The notes beneath the pieces were generated by a model. It saw only the letters and a list, made by a program, of their open reading frames with translations. It did not search any database and was not told the DNA's origin. A DNA stretch of 63,825 bases, counting the filler, from Welwitschia mirabilis (lineage: Eukaryota), in the NCBI GenBank assembly GCA_051453625.1. It is 6 parts of one record of this genome, joined end to end, with 100 filler letters (N's around TTAATTAATTAA, not from the genome) between each part and the next. Parts side by side here need not be neighbours in the genome. Positions count along the whole stretch, not along the records: positions 47,566 to 56,695 come from JBOZIK010000001.1; positions 56,796 to 58,270 come from JBOZIK010000001.1; positions 58,371 to 61,348 come from JBOZIK010000001.1; positions 61,449 to 63,825 come from JBOZIK010000001.1; 2 more parts are not named here. One strand, 5' to 3'. A program made the position numbers and the translations under genes. Positions 55,801-63,825 of this stretch are shown one piece after another; position 1 is the stretch's first letter, and every line of letters starts with the position of its first letter.

Positions 55801-56620
55801 AGTTTATTTTATTTACTTTCATGCATTGCAAGTTATTTTTGTAGATTAGGGTGCAAGTATTTCTTTGTGGAAAGCAACTTTCTTATTTCTTACTTTGGTA
55901 TTTAATGGATTATGAAATTTAGGTCACTCTCATCTATATTAGTGTGTTGTGTTTATACATTATTATTTGTGATTAATAGGATTCTACTTAGGATGACAAT
56001 GTTGCAATGGCCTAGGGTTAGGATATTTTTTTTTCGAGGAAGTTTGTTTTTGATTTTTCACTGTGTAATAAGTTGATATCATCTACTCTATCATCCAAAA
56101 AGCACTAGAATATAAATAATAGTATATTTTTATTCCATTTAGTGATTATATTTTTTTAATTTATTTGTTTTTTCATTTTCTATTTTCTAGTCATCTAGGA
56201 TATCATTCAAATGATGATTAATATGATGAATAGATAGACATTTTATTGAGTGTGTAGAGATGTGATAAAATATGATGAAAAGCTAAAATATTTGAGAGAA
56301 TAAAACTTAATTACAAAAATAACTAAAAAAAGCTGACTCTATAAAAAATAAAAATAGCTATGTACATCCTAGGTAGTTTCCAAGATTTGGAAATTTTTTG
56401 CTAATTTTATGATTTTTAAACCAAATCTTTTAAATAGCAATAATGAAAATAATAGAATAGGAGAAACATTATTTTATCCCCTTCTTATTAATGATTAGCA
56501 TCACTTAATATAAATATGATAGAGCCCTCTAGTTCAAATGCAACAATCATCATAAGAGAGATAATTATTAAAAGGAGATGTAAAAGACAAAAAGCTTGTA
56601 ACTTATTTTTTGATGATGAT
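52834..56620 (+). mobile_element. Athila-type element E: accessory ORF, PPT, family 3 LTR at 54933-56006, then a 5' UTR/gag start
   Basis: PPT aagactaagtggagagcta precedes tgttatac. The region is homologous to element D, and 56240-56450 resembles the gag leader of A (6700-6890, reverse complement). Confidence 0.75.
53079..54300 (+). pseudogene. Decayed 3' accessory ORF of element E
   Basis: RARQVEDEAKVLEQEACSLVEPEIEHAEPAHPLPRH...YYVLEMREFYDIM, with heptad-like repeats near 54050-54200. Confidence 0.7.
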
Positions 56621-56695
56621 TGTTGCGACGCCAACTTAAGTGTATTTGATAGGGTATTTTGAGTTGTTTTACAGATAAACTAACAGATAAATGCT
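56621..56695 (+). repeat. 5' terminus of a family 4 LTR, truncated by a gap
   Basis: tgttgcgacgccaacttaagtgtatttgatagggta. Confidence 0.85.
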
Positions 56696-57751
56696 NNNNN
56701 NNNNNNNNNNNNNNNNNNNNNNNNNNNNNNNNNNNNNNNTTAATTAATTAANNNNNNNNNNNNNNNNNNNNNNNNNNNNNNNNNNNNNNNNNNNNTTCGC
56801 TTATTGTAGGCCATTTCAGATGATTCCTTTTCAATCCCCACCCCCGTATTTTTGGTCGATCTATGCTTAGAAACTTATATAATTGAATTTGGTCCATTAA
56901 ATTTAAAGTTATGAGTATTTTCTCATGAAATTTCATGTTTTTTACTTTTTGGAGTTTTTCACTCATTATGCACTCAATTCATAATAGTTTTATCATATTA
57001 GATATCAAATTGATCCTTGATTCATTAGCTACGATCTAATTCTTATGGAAGAGCATTTGGTTGCCTATAAGTGAAGTTATGATTTTTTTCCCCATTTTCT
57101 CTTAAATGGCACATATCTATTTGGTGGATTTTTATGTAGTACCATAAGTGCATCCTCTTCTTGAACCCACACATACTCTACTACTACCTGAGCAGCAAAA
57201 CAATGGGAATGAAAGGCTATTCTATAGGAGTGAAGGCATAACCTTTCTTCTACCATTTACCAGAGAGAAATGCATTTCAATGATTACATTCAGAGACTTG
57301 AGCGTANNNNNNNNNNNNNNNNNNNNNNNNNNNNNNNNNNNNNNNNNNNNNNNNNNNNNNNNNNNNNNNNNNNNNNNNNNNNNNNNNNNNNNNNNNNNNN
57401 NNNNNNNNNNNNNNNNNNNNNNNNNNNNNNNNNNNNNNNNNNNNNNNNNNNNNNNNNNNNNNNNNNNNNNNNNNNNNNNNNNNNNNNNNNNNNNNNNNNN
57501 NNNNNNNNNNNNNNNNNNNNNNNNNNNNNNNNNNNNNNNNNNNNNNNNNNNNNNNNNNNNNNNNNNNNNNNNNNNNNNNNNNNNNNNNNNNNNNNNNNNN
57601 NNNNNNNNNNNNNNNNNNNNNNNNNNNNNNNNNNNNNNNNNNNNNNNNNNNNNNNNNNNNNNNNNNNNNNNNNNNNNNNNNNNNNNNNNNNNNNNNNNNN
57701 NNNNNNNNNNNNNNNNNNNNNNNNNNNNNNNNNNNNNNNNNNNNNNNNATT

Positions 57752-58270
57752 CTAGCCTATATTTAGTTGACAAAGAGGATGGATTTAGCTACCTTTATAT
57801 GGTGCTGACTAAAATGGATGAGCACCCAGCACCGATTCTCTATCATTGCTTACCCCTATCTAATGAGTGCTCTCTTTCGATGATTTGAGATCTCCATTCT
57901 GGAGGGCATTCCTCATTCAGTACATATTATAGCTGATGACACATCTTTCAGGTAACTAGGAATAGAGATACTTGGTATAGCTCCACCAGCTCCTAGTGAG
58001 GCCCCTGCAACACAGCCACCTCCTCATGGACAACCTCAGGTAGCTGGAGGTATCACTTTGGATCAGATCACTACATTATTAGGAGGGATGAAATAGAGGA
58101 TATATTCATGACTTGATCAATTGGAGGCATGCATTTACACTGTAGAGGAGTAGAGTCAAACTACCATGGAGTAGAGTCGAGCCATCTTATACAAAGTGAA
58201 CGATATTCAGTAGGATACTTCAGTGGTTATCCCTAGGGTAGTTCATGTTCATCATGATGTGACCACATCC
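57752..58270 (+). pseudogene. Decayed retrotransposon accessory ORF, C-terminal part
   Basis: One frame reads LAYI*LTKRMDLATFIWC*LKWMSTQHRFSIIAYPYLMSALFR*FEI, then a Pro/Ala/Gln-rich linker, then a coiled-coil-like ITLDQITTLLGGMK*RIYS*LDQLEACIYTVEE. Confidence 0.65.
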
Positions 58271-58370
58271 NNNNNNNNNNNNNNNNNNNNNNNNNNNNNN
58301 NNNNNNNNNNNNNNTTAATTAATTAANNNNNNNNNNNNNNNNNNNNNNNNNNNNNNNNNNNNNNNNNNNN

Positions 58371-61348
58371 GAACTATAAGTCTAATCATTAAAGATATAA
58401 AAGAAGCAAAACATGAGAATAATAAAATAAGAACTGAAAATGAACCAACTAATATCATTAGGATTTCACCTCTATCTTAGAGAAATACATCCAAATAATC
58501 CTTGATGCTAAGATAGTAATTAAGAAGAGTAAATTTGTAGTTCAACTATGATTTATGTGAATATAGTTACCATGTTATAAAAGATTGTCCCTTATTCCCT
58601 ACTTACAAAGATAAAATCTATTAGGAAGTTTTTTTCTTTAACTAAATACCTTCAAACTAAAACCAAAATCACAATCAAAGACAAGTATAAAATTATAATA
58701 ATTTCCAAAATAGGATGAGTAAACAACTAAACTTTAGAAATTTTCAAACACATCATCCTAACTTCCAACCTTTTAGAAATAGATTTGAGAACTAAANNNN
58801 NNNNNNNNNNNNNNNNNNNNNNNNNNNNNNNNNNNNNNNNNNNNNNNNNNNNNNNNNNNNNNNNNNNNNNNNNNNNNNNNNNNNNNNNNNNNNNNNAAAA
58901 TCACAGTAATTTTTAACATAAGATGAGTAAACAATCAAACTTTATAAATTTTCAAATACACCATCCTAATTTCTAACCTTTTAGAAATTGATTAAAAACT
59001 TAAAATTTTAATTCAATAACTCAAATAATTTGGCAAGCCCATTCAACTTCCAAAACCATAGTGATCCTCTTAGGAATTCCATTGAGAAGTTGTAAAAAAT
59101 ATAAGAAAAGATAAAAACCAACATTAAAAACCTAAAGAACATTCTACAACAAACTATGCTTGCCAACTAAAGGCCACAAGGGTTTCTTGCCACTCAACCT
59201 TTACTAAATCCTAATGAAGTAAGCAAAGATTGTAAGGTAGTGATAAAAAGTGGAAATGATACAAACCCTTCCACTCATAAGACTTTAATATCATAAAGTA
59301 ACAAGAGTGATAAGGAAGAGGACATAGAAATCTTAGAAAACCATTCTTTTCAATCTTCATTAAGTAATAAAAAGAAAGATCCTTTATAAAAGAAACTTAC
59401 TAATCCATGGCTTGATAATCTTAATACAAACCCTATTTTGATGATCATTTGAAAGCCTTAATGTAAAATGTGAGTACAAACTTATCAATTTGGATACTTT
59501 TGCTAGAAAACCCAAGATATTCTAAACTATGAAAAGAATTATTAAGAAGAAAAGAAAAATAAAACATTCCTACTCAAGTATTCCTAGCTCAATTAATTAG
59601 CAATTTAGTTTACCAAAAATATCTAAAGTTTAAATATCTGAGGGTGGTAAATGTGAGTAGAATAAATAAAGTATTAATAGATATTGGATCTAGTATCAAT
59701 ATTATACCCTTACAAATTTTTTCAATTACTTGGTTTGAAAGAAAAAGTAGAACCTACACACATTATCTTGGAGTTAGTTCATACTTCTATGAAGAAACTA
59801 TTAGGTGTGACTAGGGACTTGATCATTTAGTAGAAGAAGCTTTCTACCCCATTGATGTAGTTGTTTTAGAAGTTGAGTACCATGGTGAATATCCTTTACT
59901 TTTAGATAGAACTTTCTGTGAAATAGCGCATTGTATTATAAATATAAGATCTGGATTGATGAAGTAACATTTTAGGAATAAAAAATTTTCAATAAGAGTG
60001 TTTGATGTAGCTAAAAAAGATTTAGGCAATGCTTTAAGTTTGGAAGAAGAAATTAGGTTAACTCTATTTTTATAGTAATATCCACTTAAAGAAATATGGT
60101 TCATGCTTCATGAACCAACCTATTTGATGATAAATCAAAAGTACACTACCTGTATATTTTTAATGATCAGCTTGAGTTTGACTATCTGATAACTAAGTTT
60201 TCTGATTTAGATAGTTGTGAGTCTGATTCTGTCAATTATGCAGAAGTCTAAGAATGTAGCAAACTTGAGATTTCTTATTTTGAGAGTAGTTATAACTACT
60301 AACATCTGGATGATAGTTAGAGATGATAGTTTGTTCTTCTGAGAATTTTCTAGAAACCAAAAATCTAAGATTAAACTTAAATTTAAAACCTTTAGATAGT
60401 ATACTAAAATACATTTTCTTGAATAGTGACCAAAATAAACCTTTCATTATCAATAAAAATCTTATTCCTTAATAAGAATCGAGTCTTATCTGTCTTTTAT
60501 AATCAAAGGTAAAAGCATTTGCTTATTCCCATAATGATTTGATAGCCATACCCACTTCCATTATGTAATATAAAATCTACCTTAAAGAAAATGCTAAACC
60601 TATGAGACAGCCCCAAGATAGGCTCAATCTAGCCCTTAAACAAATTGTAAAAGATAAAATCATAAAACTAATAAATAATAGAATCATTTACTCTGTTACT
60701 GATAGTCAATGGGNNNNNNNNNNNNNNNNNNNNNNNNNNNNNNNNNNNNNNNNNNNNNNNNCTAAAAAGGATGGAAAATGATACATATGCATAGACTTTC
60801 TAAACCTAAATGAGGTAACTAAAAAAACCACTATTTTTTACCTTTTGTTAATTAGATTATTCATAATATTTAGGTTCATTTTTTTTACTATTTCCTTGAT
60901 GGTTATAGTAGTTACAACTAGGTTTGCATTGCTAGAAAGTACTAAGCCAAAACTACTTTCACATTTACTTTTAGTACTTTCATGTTTAGATGCATGCCTT
61001 TCTGACTTTTTAATGCTTTGGTACTTTTTAGTGTGCTATAATGGGTATCTTTTCTGATATGATTGAGTATTCCATTGAGATTTTCATGGATGACTTCTCT
61101 ATTTATGTTGAAACTTTTGAACAAACCTTAGCTTATTCAGAGAAAGTCTTAAATCATTGCATTTATAGTAGCCTCCACTTGAGTTAGGAAAAGAGTCTTT
61201 TTCTTGTAAAAAGTGGCATTGTTTTAGGTCACCATATCTCTTGGGAGAGGATTAGAGTGGATGATTCTAAAGTTGGTATTATTCAAAATCATAGTTCCCT
61301 ACAAATGTTAAATAGGTTTGATCTTTTCTTAATTATTATAATTTTTAC
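58371..61348 (+). pseudogene. Decayed Athila-type gag-protease-RT fragment (copy H)
   Basis: Protease VLIDIGSSINIIPL at 59671, FLDGYSSYN*V near 60890 and IEIFMDDFSIY near 61075; colinear with A and B. Confidence 0.88.
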
Positions 61349-61448
61349 NNNNNNNNNNNNNNNNNNNNNNNNNNNNNNNNNNNNNNNNNNNNTTAATTAA
61401 TTAANNNNNNNNNNNNNNNNNNNNNNNNNNNNNNNNNNNNNNNNNNNN

Positions 61449-62597
61449 TGTTGTGATGCAAATTTATGCAATGTTTCACTCCTTGATTTAAATCCTCTTA
61501 ATTACAAATAAGATGCATAAACATTGCATGCTAGTATAGTCGGAGTGATCTAAATGTCATAATTCCATTGAAGGCCAATGGTATGAATAATAAAGAGTTA
61601 ATTTCAAGAAAGAAATATGTAATCCTAATTTACTAAATTAAATTGTAATGCACGAAATGAAATTAGTGATGCAAAACTAAACTATGAANNNNNNNNNNNN
61701 NNNNNNNNNNNNNNNNNNNNNNNNNNNNNNNNNNNNNNNNNNNNNNNNNNNNNNNNNNNNNNNNNNNNNNNNNNNNNNNNNNNNNNNNNNNNNNNNNNNN
61801 NNNNNNNNNNNNNNNNNNNNNNNNNNNNNNNNNNNNNNNNNNNNNNNNNNNNNNNNNNNNNNNNNNNNNNNNNNNNNNNNNNNNNNNNNNNNNNNNNNNN
61901 NNNNNNNNNNNNNNNNGATCCCAATATCTTCTATTACGAGAATGTCAGGTACTATCGAAGATGATTAGGGATCAAGGGGAAGATCTTTATTTATAGACAG
62001 AAAAGGAAAGGGAACTGACAGAAAAGTAAAAGGAAAACCCTAGCTGACATGCAAAATAAAATCGCAATAAAGAGGTGACAATTCAAGAAAACATTCTATA
62101 AAACTATGGAAAAAAAATATCATCTTGATGGTCGTCCAGATGAAGTAGGAGACGACAAGGATCGATAATTGAAACTATGGTTCTGCTTTAGTTTATCTAG
62201 TTATCGGACTACATGTGTACTGTTATCAACTAGTTTTCGAGATGTTGTCCACTAGTGACGTCTGAATGATGATGTGGATGACTACATTTGATAAGAAGAT
62301 CTCAATTCAACTAGGAGTTATCTCTAAAAAACTCTGTTTATTTTCTCAAATGGAATTGTCATGATCATTTCTTGATCTTTAGTCAATTAGATTGCTTTAT
62401 TGTCTGCAAGAATTGTTATCCAAAATGATACTTATCTATATCTGCATGAATTGCTTGTATTTTATTTGGAATTTACATGTTTTCGTCTTGTGCTCCTTGA
62501 TTCTTGATTGTCATAGGAACTAAGCATTTATCTGTTAATTCATCTGTAAAACAACTTAAAATACCCTATCAAATACCCATAAGTTAGTATTGCAATA
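61449..62597 (-). repeat. Family 4 LTR with an internal gap
   Basis: tgttgtgatgc...gtattgcaata termini; reverse-complement homology to 43337-44534. Confidence 0.85.
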
Positions 62598-63825
62598 CAC
62601 TCTAACACAAACATAAGAAGGGCAAAGGCTCTGTACTGTGTATTGTGGGAAGTGGAAAGATGCTAGAAAATATAATCAAAGAAGTTTCTAGGTTTTTCTT
62701 CTTATTTACTTCTCAATTCTCTATACCTCTTATTCTAGTTTAATTAAAAGATTGTAGTAGTNNNNNNNNNNNNNNNNNNNNNNNNNNNNNNNNNNNNNNN
62801 NNNNNNNNNNNNNNNNNNNNNNNNNNNNNNNNNNNNNNNNNNNNNNNNNNNNNNNNNNNNNNNNNNNNNNNNNNNNNNNNNNNNNNNNNNNNNNNNNNNN
62901 NNNNNNNNNNNNNNNNNNNNNNNNNNNNNNNNNNNNNNNNNNNNNNNNNNNNNNNNNNNNNNNNNNNNNNNNNNNNNNNNNNNNNNNNNNNNNNNNNNNN
63001 NNNNNNNNNNNNNNNNNNNNNNNNNNNNNNNNNNNNNNNNNNNNNNNNNNNNNNNNNNNNNNNNNNNNNNNNNNNNNNNNNNNNNNNNNNNNNNNNNNNN
63101 NNNNNNNNNNNNNNNNNNNNNNNNNNNNNNNNNNNNNNNNNNNNNNNNNNNNNNNNNNNNNNNNNNNNNNNNNNNNNNNNNNNNNNNNNNNNNNNNNNNN
63201 NNNNNNNNNNNNNNNNNNNNNNNNNNNNNNNNNNNNNNNNNNNNNNNNNNNNNNNNNNNNNNNNNNNNNNNNNNNNNNNNNNNNNNNNNNNNNNNNNNNN
63301 NNNNNNNNNNNNNNNNNNNNNNNNNNNNNNNNNNNNNNNNNNNNNNNNNNNNNNNNNNNNNNNNNNNNNNNNNNNNNNNNNNNNNNNNNNNNNNNNNNNN
63401 NNNNNNNNNNNNNNNNNNNNNNNNNNNNNNNNNNNNNNNNNNNNNNNNNNNNNNNNNNNNNNNNNNNNNNNNNNNNNNNNNNNNNNNNNNNNNNNNNNNN
63501 NNNNNNNNNNNNNNNNNNNNNNNNNNNNNNNNNNNNNNNNNNNNNNNNNNNNNNNNNNNNNNNNNNNNNNNNNNNNNNNNNNNNNNNNNNNNNNNGTATT
63601 ATTGAACATATCATGAATTCTTTGGGTTTACTCTTGGGCAGAGTGGAATTACTTTCTTAAGACTGCATAAATTTTTGAAATCTTAAGTATCTTAGAAGGA
63701 TAAAACTAAAAATAGTTCTCCACTCTTATTTACCTCAATAAATAAGACATTTCTTATATTAATAAAAATGTGTGTATTCTAGAAATTTAAACTACACACA
63801 CACACATATTAAGAAAGAAAAAGAG

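Noticed and set aside
1..63825. Host species identity, host genes and tRNA genes
   Set aside because: I saw no diagnostic sequence. The PBS matches are tRNA complements, not tRNA genes.

Overview
AT-rich, CpG-depleted plant repeat DNA from a gapped draft assembly. It consists almost entirely of old, nested and decayed LTR retrotransposons. I found no intact protein-coding gene, RNA gene or CRISPR array; the short ORFs in the track are fragments of TE reading frames, antisense noise or N-runs. The main content is at least 7 Athila-type Ty3/Gypsy copies or derivatives from several LTR subfamilies, identified by a tRNA-Asp-type PBS, an FMDD RT motif, an integrase ending KVNGQRLK and a 3' accessory ORF. 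The window also holds a chromovirus (Tekay/Del-like) element, a short-LTR Ty1/Copia, a SIRE-type Copia and a further Gypsy integrase remnant. Four observations stand out. (1) A matching TTGAG target-site duplication and a split host LTR indicate that the LTRs at 13599-14954 (-) and 37240-38587 (+) belong to one insertion now in opposite orientations, implying a mis-oriented scaffold or an inversion. (2) A nested palindromic motif of about 45 bp is repeated dozens of times through the Athila elements. (3) Decayed accessory ORFs can be reconstructed and are homologous between copies. (4) Two pol-less non-autonomous derivatives are present. All alignments were done by eye, boundaries are approximate to a few bases, and I cannot support a claim of a novel functional system.
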